A DNA stretch of 64,000 nt, taken from Podarcis vaucheri (lineage: Eukaryota). Every line of letters starts with the position of its first letter. The stretch's first letter is position 1. Below are positions 13,590 to 25,738 of the stretch, in pieces. The translations under genes and the position numbers were made by a program. The stretch lies in NCBI GenBank assembly GCA_965113315.1, contig OZ220363.1, one strand, 5' to 3'. The notes under the pieces are model-generated. The model made no database searches, was not told the origin of the DNA, and was given only the letters and a program-made list of their open reading frames with translations.

Positions 13590-14420
13590 ATCTCCATCCC
13601 CAGTAATTACGGCCGGCATTTTGGCGGTCTTGTAATAACAAAAGGGAGAAAGGGGTACTCCTGAAGAGAGAGCGGCCCTCGCTATCGCCTAACGTCAACC
13701 GTGAGCCCGTGAGCCCCTCTTATTAGAAGAAATCAGAGAGGACGTCGCTTTCGGCCCCGGAGCTCGTCAATTCCACCGATCGCGCAATCCCAAACCTGGA
13801 GCTAAAAACCAGCGTTTTGAAGGATCCGATCTTTGCCAGCCAAGAAAGCAGCGCCTCCTTCCCAAATTCATTATTCTTCTTGCTATTATTGTTGTTGTTA
13901 CATATGTACTGAATTCTGATGGGATGCTGTTTAGGCTGCTGCTGCTGCTAATTTAAGACAAAACATGCGAAAAGGTATTTCATTCAATAAGGCAAAGCGT
14001 ACCCCGCGCCAGCCATGGGAAAGGCCCCCTTCTCTTTCGCTGCGGCTGAGCCTGAACCAGAGACTAAGCAGAAGCTGAACCAAGAGGCGGGGGGAGGGCT
14101 GTTGCTCAATCGATCCAGCGAACGGATTTCATCCGTCAAAGTGGAATTTAACAAGGAGGCGCCATCTCGAGGCAGCAATAAACTCACGTGCAGCCCGAGA
14201 GGCAACTACCCCACAAAAGGGTTAGAGCTGCATAGAGCTGGGGTGGGAAGCGGGGACCCAGCTTGGCTTGTTGTTCTGCAAGCCAGGTTTGGTTTGTCTT
14301 AAAACAGCGTGTCCTAACGTGGTCATTTAGCTTCGGGTTCTTTTCGTGGCAAAGGCGATATATTACCACTAATAACGGAGGCTCAAGCGGCAGCTTAAAC
14401 AGCAAAGTTACTCCCGCTGA
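13590..14420. promoter_or_regulatory. Second CpG-rich promoter-like patch upstream of TSN
   Basis: Local CpG enrichment. The minus strand reads CCCCTTTCTCCCTTTTG...GACCGCCAAAATGCCG...GTGG|GTAGGC (pyrimidine-rich start, Kozak-like ATG, possible donor). Confidence 0.4.
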
Positions 14421-14559
14421 GCTCTATAATACCAGGACAACATGTATAGGAACTGCAGCCTGAAGGGGCTGAACTCAAAAGCTACCCACCCTTGCATCGC
14501 TTTTCCTTTGCAATGGGGAATATTGCAAGCGCCACCCAACACTGGGGGACCTACTTCTA

Positions 14560-15320
14560 TGTAAAGCCGTTACTTCTGTCGAACCGCGGCCTCCTTGCTA
14601 AGAGCCACCCACCTTGCGCGCGCATGGTCCCACGTTCCATTTTTTTAGCACTCCTGCCTGAAATCCTGGAGAGGTGGGCCAAGAGCCTGACTCGACTTAA
14701 GGCAGCGTCTTAAGCCGCCCCGCCCCCCCCCGTAGAACTGCCCTGTTTCTACGGCTCCCCCCAGGTAGAAAGCGATATGTAAAATGTGGCCAAGACGACG
14801 AGTAAGCACCTTGGAGCCGTTTACTCTCTCCACTTAGGCTGTGCAGCTGCCTCTGCCCACGTCTACTTGCCCCTATGGAAGCTAACGGGGGGCTGACTGC
14901 CCTGCGAAGAACGACGCCTAGGGGCCGGGGCTGGGACACGCACGAGAGCGGTGCGTTTTCCTGTCAGGCAGCGAGCGGGGCAGCCCCGCGACGGCAGTGT
15001 GGAAGGACCCGTCCCTTTGGCGGCACGGAGAGTGGTGGGAGTGCCCAGAGCGCTGTGCCCGCAGCCCGTCCGACTCGCAGCTTCTCCTCGGCGGCGTCGC
15101 CATGTCCGTCAGCGAGATGTTCATCGCTTTGCAAGGGGTGCTCACGGCCGACCAGGATATCCGCGAGGTGAGAGAGGGTCGCGCCGGTGCGAGGACCACG
15201 GACTCTTCCCCCGAGCTCGGAAGGGGGATCCCTTTCCTGCCCATCCCTTTCGCTGGTCATCGGATGACGGGGACTAGAGCCTTGGTTTTCCTACCTTCCA
15301 AACCGCGGGAGCCAACCTTT
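14560..15320 (+). promoter_or_regulatory. TSN CpG-island promoter / 5'UTR
   Basis: CpG/GC-rich region surrounding TSN exon 1; Kozak GTCGCCATGT at 15102. Confidence 0.8.
15102..15167 (+). CDS. TSN: Translin coding exon 1 (MSVSEMFIALQGVLTADQDIRE)
   Basis: Recognisable translin N-terminus; donor GAG|GTGAGA; 66 nt, phase 0. Confidence 0.97.
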
Positions 15321-15994
15321 TAACAACTGCATGCCTGAAACATGGGACCCATTTCTATCACGTAAACCCCAAACCGCCCTATGTGTCTCTGTTGTGGCTC
15401 CTGTAAAAACATTTACATAACGGCCCAGGAGAGGGAAATTTAGTTGTTGCTGCTTGTTACGCTAAGTGTGAGAGAAATTGCATCGGCTGAAATTTTCCGT
15501 CCTGCACCACCAGCGTTAAAGATCTTGTTCTCCTTTGCGCCTATTCTTTGTCAAAGCTGAACAAAGAAACAACAACAACAACCAGTGATGATTGCAAGCA
15601 CTGCCACCCATCTTGGGTCAAGGTGTGATCCACTATGGGGTACTGACCCATCACAAGTAGCAGTATGATGAACAGAATCATAGTAGCAACCTAATTGCCT
15701 CATAGATAACCATTAGTTAGCTAAGTAGTGCAGACCCCGTTTTTCAAAAGCCAAGCTATGGACCCACTACTTTTTAAAAGTTTGATATCTCTATGGTAGT
15801 TTTTGTTACGTGAATGGTGCCACAGATCTCCTGAGTGGATTACTGGGGTCCATGGACCCCCCCCCCCCAATTAGGAACCAGAGGTCTAGAAATTTACTAG
15901 AGAGAAAGACGGGCAAAATTGAACAGCAGTTTTGTGCTAACATTGCATATTTTTCTGTACAATCATGTTCTGAGTATTTTATTGTTGTTTACAG

Positions 15995-16088
15995 GAGATC
16001 AGGAAAGTTGTTCAAACTCTGGAGCAAACAGCCCGGGAAATTCTTACAGTGCTACAAGGAGTCCACCAGGGGTCTGGATTTCAGGACA
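15995..16088 (+). CDS. TSN: Translin coding exon 2 (EIRKVVQTLEQTAREILTVLQGVHQGSGFQD)
   Basis: TTTACAG| acceptor and |GTAGGT donor; 94 nt; translin sequence. Confidence 0.97.
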
Positions 16089-17512
16089 GTAGGTCATGCT
16101 TTGTTTGCCTATTGAGGGAAAAAAAAGTCACAAACATGTTTACATGCATAAAGGATGGTTACAGAAGATGAGGATAAAAGATGCCACTCAGTAACGTAAA
16201 AGTGAAATGGTTATGTGTTTTGTGAAAAACATTTTTCTACTCCAGTTTCTTTGTGAATTGGAAATTCAGGAAAGTGAATCATGTACAATACCTGTAGATT
16301 ATAACACTAAATTTGGCTGTTTCATTATTGGGCACTTAACTAGTCAACAAAGACTTATTCAGCTGTGAAATCTTAAAACAAGTCTGGTTTCTATATCCTG
16401 TCACACTGGGCAGGGCAGCTTGTGGGTTCTACTCTGCTTGAGCAGAGCCTGGTACAAAAGACATAATATTAGAATGAAAGAATTCGGAACCTGGAAAATT
16501 TTTAAGGGCCAGAACTAAGCAAAGCACACAGTCTTTCCACACAGTAATCCACTCCCTCCCCATTTCAGCAGTACAATTTAGTGGGTCATTTTGTTGTTGC
16601 AAGTGTTAAACACATCTGCGTAAGAAATCCTTGCTGATCTGCTTCAGATCACCCAGAGAATTACTATTCAGTCACAATTTACCTTCTGTTCACTCCAGGT
16701 GTGGGGAGCCTAAACAAGTAGAAGCAGGCTTCTTGCTTCAAACTGCCACCCTCCAATTCATGGGGATTGGGGGTGGGCAGTGCTAGCACATTTGCTTCCA
16801 CACCTCTACTCATCTGACAGCTTACCCAGTTGCAGGAATGAATCTCCCAGTAGAGCAGAGCGGCTGCAATAACATTCCCACAGCAGAGTCATTGCCATTT
16901 ACTTTGAGGGTGGGAAGGGGGAAGTGGTGTGAAGGTCAGGGCTGTACAGACGAGCTAGCTAGCAGGAGCCCTGGATTGCCTCTGCCAGTGCATCCACAGA
17001 ACCCTAACTCACCCACCCACCTAGTCTTTCCCTGTAAATGACAGTGACGGCTTCCAGGCACCTATTGCTGCAGCTGAACCACTCCTGTCATTATGAACTT
17101 ATTTCAGTGGGACTAAACCATGACTAACTTAGGCTTCAGTCCTGTATCCACTTACCTAGGAATAAGCCCCATTGAACTTAATGGAACTTAGTTTTGATGC
17201 ATAGGATTGTGGTGTCCTATGGATGGATCCAGTGAATCAAACTTAATAGAAATTTAATAAATATATAAATGCTGTTGGGGTTGTTGTTCATTATTATAGT
17301 GCGTACATTTGTGTTTTTATGTTGTAAACAACCCAGTGTTCTTCAGAGGGAGGTATAGATAGCAAATAAATAAGAAACCTGTTTCTTTTAAGTATCACAG
17401 TATTGTCTTTGCTCATGGTTCTATGCCTAAAGGGTGTTTTCTTTAAAGAAACTAAAAAACCAATAACTAGCCTTTGTTTTCGAGGTTAAGTAATGTTTGT
17501 TTTTAATTTCAG

Positions 17513-17609
17513 TACCAAAGAAGTGTCAGAAGGCTCGTGAACACTTTGGTACTGTTAGAACACAGTTGGCCTCTCTGAAAAACAAGTTCCCTGCAGATCA
17601 ATATTACAG
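17513..17609 (+). CDS. TSN: Translin coding exon 3 (IPKKCQKAREHFGTVRTQLASLKNKFPADQYYR)
   Basis: TTTCAG| acceptor and |GTTAGT donor; 97 nt; phase consistent. Confidence 0.97.
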
Positions 17610-17922
17610 GTTAGTAAATGTCCACTTTCCTCCTGCCTTTTGTGGTCTTTTTTATAATATTTTATTCTTTTTTCCATATAGAAAGTTACATTTGTTACTG
17701 AGCAATTTTAAACCAATCATTTTAATATGGATGGCTATGATTTATTTCCACTGTTGGAGGCAGTATGCTTCAGCATACCAGTTACTAGGAATCACAAGCG
17801 GGGCGGATGGTATTGTACCACCACAAGGATAGGATTTAGGTCTAGATGGGCATTTTGTCGGATCCAGCAGGAGTCTTCTGTTTAAAGTGCCAGGAATCAC
17901 TTTTTCTTTCCCCCCCATGCAG

Positions 17923-18038
17923 ATTTAATGAACATTGGAGATTTGTGTTACAACGTTTGGTGTTCTTAGCAGCATTTGTTGTCTACTTGGAGACAGAAAC
18001 CTTAGTGACTCGGGAAGCTGCTACAGAAATACTTGGAA
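17923..18038 (+). CDS. TSN: Translin coding exon 4 (FNEHWRFVLQRLVFLAAFVVYLETETLVTREAATEILG)
   Basis: Polypyrimidine tract plus GCAG| acceptor and |GTAAGG donor; 116 nt. Confidence 0.97.
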
Positions 18039-19155
18039 GTAAGGAATTGCTTTTCCACTTAAATGCAATGACTTTTGGCTTTAGCAAGGCTCCCTGTCTA
18101 AGAAATTCAGTAAAATGTTAACCTAAATTGGCACGTCAGAAAGCTTCTACATGCCACTTTCCTTCTAAAACCTTTTGACGTAGTTTGACGGTGAAATAAA
18201 GACTAGACCTCTGCTTCAGCTCTGCCAAGGTTCCTTTTTTAACTGAAAAAATTAGTAACTGTTAGTAAAAAAAGGAGTCCATATATGCACTGCTCGAGAG
18301 CTATGAGTTGGCAGAGTTGCAGGCTCCCTGGAAATGTAGGAAGTCCACAGTGAAAGACAGGGGAATGTGGGAAGATTAGGTGTACACATTAATTGTATGA
18401 AGCTTCTATACATTCTTACTTACTTTGAAGAAGCCACACTTGTATTCAGTGAGGCTTACTAAATGTTTAGGATTACAGCTCTACTCCAGCAGTGTGGACT
18501 CTAAATAGCAGCTACTCATGAGGATCTTGGGCAGAGGTTTTCCCCATGAGCCCTGCTACCTGAAAATCCTTTTAACTAGAGATGCTAGGGAGTGAACCTG
18601 GGACCTTCTGCATGTAAATAATGTGGTCGGCCACTGTGCTTTGGATTTGGGGCTAAGATATGTAACCCTACAATCCTTCCTAGAGTCTGAGATTAACATC
18701 CAAGGTACTTCTCTGTGTGCACCCACCAAGAGATGTCAGAGAGTGGCAATGAGGGAATGGGCCTTTTCAGTGGTAACCTCAGTTAGAGGATACTCTCCCC
18801 AGGGAAACTCACCTGACACTGGCTTTGTCCTCTTTCAGGCACTAGGTGAAGACATTTTTATTCTCCCAGGCATTTGGACAGCAGCACTGATATTGGAACT
18901 TTTGGTGGCTACCAGGGTATACATCCTGTGTGAAGGGCGTGGATGCTTTGTGCTGTTTCAGATTACTTTTTCTTTGGATGAACACTTTTAGTATTTTATA
19001 TTTGAATTGTTTTTGAATCGATCGGTGTAATTAACTAACCATTAACCTAAAAGGAAGGCCTAACCTGAATTGGCACTCCTTTCATTTTGGAGTCTTCTAA
19101 CCCTGATGATTTGTATTATCAGAGTTGAATCCAAATCCGTTCATTCTTTTTGCAG

Positions 19156-19235
19156 TTGAATCTGAAAGAGAGAAAGGCTTTCACCTGGACATTGAGGATT
19201 ACCTCTCTGGGGTGTTGACTCTGGCTAGTGAGCTG
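19156..19235 (+). CDS. TSN: Translin coding exon 5 (IESEREKGFHLDIEDYLSGVLTLASEL)
   Basis: TTTTTGCAG| acceptor and |GTAAGT donor; 80 nt. Confidence 0.97.
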
Positions 19236-19342
19236 GTAAGTAGAGAGTATTGAGAAGTTTTAGAACTAATGCAGCATTACTTACCTAGTTGGACTGAAAG
19301 TAATATCCAGAGCCTTGCGTGGACAAAACTAGAGGTTACATA

Positions 19343-19620
19343 CAGTGGTACCTCGCAAGACGAATGCCTCGCAAGACAAAAAACGCGCAAGACGAAAGAG
19401 TTTTCCGTTTTTTGAGTTGTTCCGCAAGACGAATTTCCCTATGGGCTTGCTTCGCAAGACGTTTCGTCTTGCGAGTTTGTTAGTTTGTTTCCTTTTTCTT
19501 AAAGCTGCTAAGCCGTTAATAGCCGCTAAGCCGCTAATAGCCGTGCTTCGCAAGACGAAAAAACCGCAAGACGAAGAGACTCGCGGAACGGATTAATTTC
19601 GTCTTGCGAGGCACTACCAT
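19343..19620. mobile_element. Tc1/mariner (Tigger-like) MITE in TSN intron 5
   Basis: TA + CAGTGGTACCTCGCAAGACGAA left TIR; TTCGTCTTGCGAGG... degenerate right TIR; CpG-rich internal repeats. Confidence 0.75.
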
Positions 19621-19895
19621 GGCTCTTTCTTTAATGAAGTTGCTAGTTGCTCTTTTTCTGCAAAGGGAGGCTTATGGTTGCATATGACTCTACTACTAGT
19701 AAAGGTTTGCAAGATTGAGGCTTCTTCATCAAATATGCTCTAAAAGCCAGTATAATTTATTCTCTGGAAGGAAGACAAAGTGCTGAGTACCCTGTTCAGA
19801 TGTTAATACTGTTGTGGGCCTCCAGTAAGGCCTACCTAGCCCAATTTGTTCTGTGCACGTCTGCTTATCTTGCACCATTCTGCTTTCTTCCATAG

Positions 19896-20132
19896 GCTAG
19901 GTTGGCAGTGAACAGTGTCACAGCAGGAGACTACGCCCGTCCCCTCCGCATCTCTGCTTTTATCAACGAGTTGGATTCCGGATTCCGCCTTCTCAACCTG
20001 AAGAATGACTCCCTGAGGAAGCGCTACGATGGCCTCAAGTACGATGTCAAGAAAATAGAGGAGGTGGTTTATGACCTGTCAATCCGAGGGCTCAACAAGG
20101 ACTCAATTGCTAATGCTGGTGGGGAGAAATAG
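19896..20132 (+). CDS. TSN: Translin coding exon 6 (ARLAVNSVTAGDY...LRKRYDGLKYDVKKIEEVVYDLSIRGL...GGEK*)
   Basis: CCATAG| acceptor; 237 nt to TAG. The six exons total 690 nt = 229 aa + stop. Confidence 0.97.
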   Translation, partial: ARLAVNSVTAGDYARPLRISAFINELDSGFRLLNLKNDSLRKRYDGLKYDVKKIEEVVYDLSIRGLNKDSIANAGGEK

Positions 20133-21499
20133 AGGAGGGCTTGTTGAACTGAAGCAATCATTACCTCAGTCTTGCTGCCAATGAAGGAGAAGCTTTAACT
20201 TGAGCTCTCCAGCAGTAGTTTAGAGGAACCACAAAGCTGCATACCACTGTTGTTTTTTCCTAATGGAATGTTTAGTATGTCCAAGCAGAAGCACTCATTC
20301 CCCCCCCCAAGCCCCTCTAGCAGGCACTGCTTGGAGTCCTAAGTCACCCTGGCGTAAGCAAACTGTCATCTCTGAACTACAGCTGTTGCTATCCCATTAT
20401 CCCTGCAGAACCAAGTATGGGGATTATTTCCCCCCTGCGTCACAGCCTTTGTTCAAGCCTCATCCTTTTTGGATCTCCATGTCATTTACATGTAGCACAG
20501 TTTATGCAGACTGCTGCCCTGGGCTCCTTTGTAATAAATAAAAGTTCAGTACTTGGCTGCAGCTGATGTGTAAACAGCTTGTCAAAAAGCATTCATTTTC
20601 TACTCATCTGTGTAAATCAGATAGATTGCTGCATAAAATCAAGAGTTCAGAACTAGGATGATCAGTTCAGTAGACATATTGTTGGGAATGTATGTTTTCA
20701 AATAGTCACCGTTCTATAGTACACATATATTTGTATCCTTAAACATGCTGATTTTTACATTTGGGAAGAGACGTGAAATAGTCATTGAAGCCGAACAGTT
20801 GCTTGTGGGCATTTCCCAAGTATATATATAAGTTTTTAAAAGCAAATCCTGGAACATGTTTTAGGTGATTTTTTTGTGGGGGGAGGAGCACAGATTTCAA
20901 GGAGGTAAGTAGTTACATAACAGGGCAAAGGTGTTTGTGTTCCTTTGAATTCTAAGTGTCCTGTTTCACATTTCCTTCATTTTGTATTGTATCTTTTCTA
21001 TATAACGTTCTTGGTCCATCATGCAGCAAAGAATGCATTTGGCCTTAACAAAAAACGGTGACACTTACCTTGATCCTAAACACACGTACATGGAGGCGAG
21101 TTGCTTTGTGCATAGGAGCACAGCTTTTGTATGTAGGGTGCAGGTGCAAATCACTCTTCTTTCACCTCCATGTGTGTGCTACCTCCACTGTATTAGTATT
21201 TAACATCCATCTTCTGAATCTCATTTATATGTGCAAAATTTGTTTCTGCAATATACTGTGTTATTTTGTCTGAGCATTTTTCATATTGTGTGCTGTATAG
21301 GATCTGTTATCCCCTTGCCCTAAAGTTTTTCCTTTGACAAATATCACCTCCAAAAGATAAGAAAAATATTTGTACTTTACAATATTAGTGGCTGTAAGTA
21401 TCTTTTGTTTGTAAATCTTTGCCTTTTTCTGGTTATGTTTTGGGATGGGTGGGGGAAAAGTTCATTGAAAAGCAAATTCTTCCTTTGTTAACGTGGGTA

Positions 21500-21505
21500 A
21501 ATAAA
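21500..21505 (+). terminator. Likely main TSN polyadenylation signal (alternative overlapping AATAAAs at 20533-20542)
   Basis: AATAAA followed about 20-45 nt later by a GU/U-rich tract (TTGTGCTTCTGTGATTTTGTTTTGTATG). Confidence 0.55.
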
Positions 21506-23669
21506 AGACACTGTTCTTTAATATTGTGCTTCTGTGATTTTGTTTTGTATGTTTCTTACAAGCTTGCACCCTGTAATTCACAATAACTTGTTTAGTATAC
21601 AGGTGTCATATTTTCTTCATTTTAACGAAAACCCCTTCTTTCAAGACACTGCGATTCTACAGCGCCCATTTTGGGAGGAAGGCTATGATAAAGGGCTCAC
21701 AACTGGCACAGAAAATCTTGCTAAACAATATTCTTACAGTTCTTTTCCTGTCGGCTATAGAATAGAAAAGTGCTGCCACATATTTTGTTCTCTAGTATTC
21801 TACAGAGTTCTTTTTTATTATTATTCTCATGTGTCACTAGGATAGGAGTGATCTGGTATGGAAAACAAAAAGAGAAGTTAATTAAAGTGCAAGGAAACAT
21901 AATTATTAAAACATTTTATGTTAATCTACAATAATGTAACGGATTCCTTTTTAATTAAAATTTTGAAATACACTAGATTACATCATTTAAATAATCACAA
22001 ACTAGAAGAGGTAATTGAGCCTTGTTAACAGAAGCGTATTTCAGAACGATTTCTGATGTTAAGACATTCCTTGGATTTCTACAATGGGTTTTTAACCATT
22101 TACAAACAAATCCAGTGATCCGTAAAGGGAGAGAGTATTGCTTATCCACAGGATTATACAGGTATTCTGGAATGTTTGTGAGTGAACTCTGAATATATTT
22201 CGGCTTCCTTTTCCATTTACATGTTACATGCATTCAGTGCAAAGTAAAACTCGGTAAACTGGTTCCTACGTGGGCACGAGGGTAGAAGTAGAAAACTGAT
22301 AAGCTAACAAAAGATGGATGAATTAAATGTTTCCTGGGAGAGCAAGCTGAAATGAGACTAATTATACTGTCTAAACATTCTCCTTTATTGTGTTAATACT
22401 GCTCTAAATTTGACTGGATGTTGCCTAATGCTGTTATAATATATGCACAATGAAACCAGTCTATCATATATGGTCAAAATTCCTTTTTCCCAGCACAATC
22501 ATGCAGTGTCAGACATCTCGCACTCCTATCTGATCCCCACATTATTAACAATATTAGCTCAATATTTTCTCTCTAGAGACCTGCTCCTCATGATCTGGTG
22601 CCAATAACCCCTAATTACCATAGAGGAAGACATCCCAAGTAGGCCACAAATCTGAAGGGCCCGCCCTGCCCCCCCCCCTTGAGCAAGTCTTCACAGGGTA
22701 AAGCCTATTTGCCCTCAGACAGACAACACACATTTTGTTGTCTTCACTGTTATACCTATTTACAAAATGTGCAAAAGATTCCCATTACCCAGAATCTAGA
22801 TCTCACTCCTCTTACCACTTACGAGCCTCCTCTGATTTCTCCTTAGGCCAAGTTGTGCTGAAGTGATTATTTTGGCTAGCCAGATTAACTCCTTATGTTC
22901 CTACAGCTCATGCTTAACTTTCATTCCACACTTAACAGGCAGTCTTCAAACTAACAACACTCTTCCTTTTCGCTACCAGCTCAGTCAGTTACACCAACCT
23001 CCTCTCAAGATGACAGCCTCTTTTTGACAGTTTGTGTTCCATGGGGCCCTCACTTTATCACCTCATCAGGCAATGCCTCTCAAAATGGGGAATGTGGCCT
23101 CCAGAAGGGTTTGTGGGGCACCTACAAGAGAGGGGGCAGCATTTTGTAAGTCTTATTGATAAGTAGGTCTATAAAGATTTCCACAATCTGAGTGTCTACC
23201 TCATGGATTTGCTGACGGAAGGGTGGAATGGTCAGTCACAGACTGCTGTGGGTTACCTGAAGCTAGAGACCATGGACTGTGGGAGCAGCTGAGAAGAGGA
23301 GTAGGGGAGGTAGGGGACCAACTGTGTGTAGGAACCACTCAGTTGGGAGCAAAGCAGACATAAAGGTTGTAGGGGCCAGGTAGCTACACCCAATGAGGTT
23401 TCTAAGTTGGGTTGTATGGAAGATCTAACAAGCTTAAAAACGGGGCACATTTTTTCCTTCAATTTGAGAAACACTTATTTAAGTGGTACTCGTCACAAAT
23501 GAATTCTCAGTAGAAAACGACATCGTTACGGATAGCTCCAATGCTAATTGGCCAGGTGAAGTTCATCCTTGGTGCAATTTTTGTTGAAAAGGAGATCTTC
23601 AACCCAAAGCAGGTCGTGAGGAAATTTCTGAGCTAACTTAGCCAAGTCATTTTGCAGTCAGCGATCCTT

Positions 23670-24465
23670 TCATGGCCTATTGTGCGATGCGCTTATCATG
23701 ATGTTGGGCAAGGCGTTGCGCCGCTTCTTCCAGGAGCCCAGCTCCCGAGAGTACCTCCGTATCTGCCTGAACCAGTGGTGAGTCCGTGCCTTGTCTCCAT
23801 CTCGGAACACAAAAGACTCCCGCCTGATCTCAAGGAGTTCAAACGTGTCGTCGCAGTCGGGATCCACAGAGACCACACAGTTGCTGAGTCTCAAGGGCTC
23901 CCTGAGCAAGCTGAACTTCCCATTATTTTTGTCCCTAATCAGTACCAATACTGCATCTTTCACAGGCCCTGGCTCTCCGGGTTCAAAGCTAGACTCAGAG
24001 GCGCGTCTGATGTTGACCATGAGGAGCACTTGCATGTTCTGGAATTTTAAGGTCTTGCTGCCCTTTTTGACCCACTGCCCATCAGGAGGCTGGGCCAGCT
24101 GCAAGGGGCCTTCCATCACAAAGCGGGTTTCTTCCCGCAGCCAGCCCACAGTCTTGATAGCGGTTTCCCTCATTTCAATGTTAATGACCTCCCTGTTCTT
24201 CTTGCTGTCCTGGCGGAAGGAACGCAAAGTCCACGAGTTTCCTTCCTGCTTGGTCTTCATGTTTATGTGCTCCAGGTGGGACTCAATGCGGCTTTTGGCC
24301 TCCCTCAGGCTGCTGTGATCTGGGTGGTACTCAGTGGTGGCTTTGATGATGCGGCTCAGCAGAAGCGGGTACTTGGTGACTCTCTGTAATGGAGCCATGA
24401 GGAAGGACCGCAGATTCATGCGGCGAAGAGCTGTGTTGTCGTTCTGGGAAACATTGAGGAAAATC
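23670..24465 (-). CDS. Dbl-family RhoGEF, last coding exon (DH C-terminal half + PH-like domain)
   Basis: CCCTGCAG| acceptor. Encodes IFLNVSQNDNTALRRMNLRSFLMAPLQRVTKYPLLLSRIIKAT...LEHIN (DH conserved region 3) and a PH-like domain ending ...THHWFRQIRR; TGA at 23672-23670. Confidence 0.93.
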
Positions 24466-25738
24466 CTGCAGGGAGGTAAAAAAATAATGTATTTTGTAAA
24501 CAGGTACAGGAAAACAGAAAAGCTTACACCGAGGGTCTTGTTCTTACATACACATGAGGCATTGTTATCTTTAATTAATTAACATTTACAAAGTAATTAT
24601 GACTTAAGATCCCAGAATATTATTGATATATACTGCTTTCCTGCAAAACCATTTACTTGATTTGCTAGACTCAGGAACATTCCCCCCCCCCCCTGTTCTC
24701 AGGCTTTGTTTAATGCATCACTAAGGTAAGGTTCAATAGACTTGCTGTTGATATCTTAGCTGTTAAATATTACTAAATTTATGCAAATGTAGACACAGGG
24801 CAGTATCTAGCATATTAGTTGCAATAGTGCAGGGAATGTTTTCACCCTCTCCTTGTCCTATGTGTCCTCTGTACCCTAAATCTGTTCTGAGGGTTCCCCC
24901 AGCCCTCTAGAACGGATTTGGGGAGGAGGCTGGAGGTGCAGGAAGCACTCAGACACTGTACTGGGAATGTCACAGGTGGATGGGCACGGCCTTTCTATCG
25001 TTCTGATAAAGCCCCAGTTGGTGATGTGCCTTTGTTGGTAAACTCCTCAGCTCTAGTTGATGCCATGTATCCTGGTGTAAGTGCCTGGTCATTGATGAAC
25101 CCCCCCTCCCCAAAGCATACTTGCTCCAAGGGGTGTTGCTAAGTACTTAAAAGTATGGGCTCATAGACAAACTTTTTGCATATCTGAATTAATATGTACA
25201 GATGCAAATTCAAAATTTTAATATTACAGACAATAAGCCCATCGGGTTCAATTATCTTGCACCCCACTCCAGATCTGTCCCCTCTTCAATTAATTAACTC
25301 TCATTTTCCCAAAAGATCTTTCTCCAAATCCATTTAATCCCCTTACAATTGCCCCCATTCATTATTATCTCTAGGTACAATCATTTCAAACTCATTTATT
25401 TCCACAAATTTGTATCTTACTAACCCAGATGACACGCCCCTCCAACACACACCCAGTTAATCTCTTGAATACATTACCTACCCAGAAATGCTCAGTACAT
25501 TTAGGAAAAGATATGGAGTCTGTGCCTCAAGGCATATACTCCCTACCAGGCCTGTGCAAGGGGGGGGGGACAGCTGGATACACTTGCCCTGGGCCTTGGA
25601 GGGCTAGGATGACTGGGGGGGCTCCACCAGGGGCCTGCAGGACTTATGGTGTCATGTCAAGAACAAGACTTCCATGCTGGGCTTCATACAAGCTCTGAAT
25701 GGTCCTGCTACCAACCCAAGATTAAGAGGTCTCCTCAC

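Noticed and set aside
13984-14020. GYAL peptide resembling NIFK RNP1 (KGYAF)
   Set aside because: Three-residue match followed by a stop; flanks and splice sites do not fit NIFK.
19329-19596. Lys/Arg-rich ORFs in TSN intron 5
   Set aside because: They lie entirely within the MITE and reflect its repeats.
23455-23500. SECIS-like GTGA-N12-AA...GA hairpin in the RhoGEF 3'UTR (would make the 40565 TGA a Sec codon)
   Set aside because: Helix II has mismatches and a 4-nt bulge before the GA quartet; not a canonical SECIS by eye.
23569-23582. TTGGTGCAATTTTT resembling the U4atac 3' end / Sm site
   Set aside because: The rest of U4atac is absent; it lies antisense in the RhoGEF 3'UTR and is likely chance.
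23652-24582. Plus-strand ORFs of 82-175 aa
   Set aside because: Antisense shadows of the RhoGEF last exon; the same applies to the plus-strand ORFs at 29063-29780 and 39238-40266.
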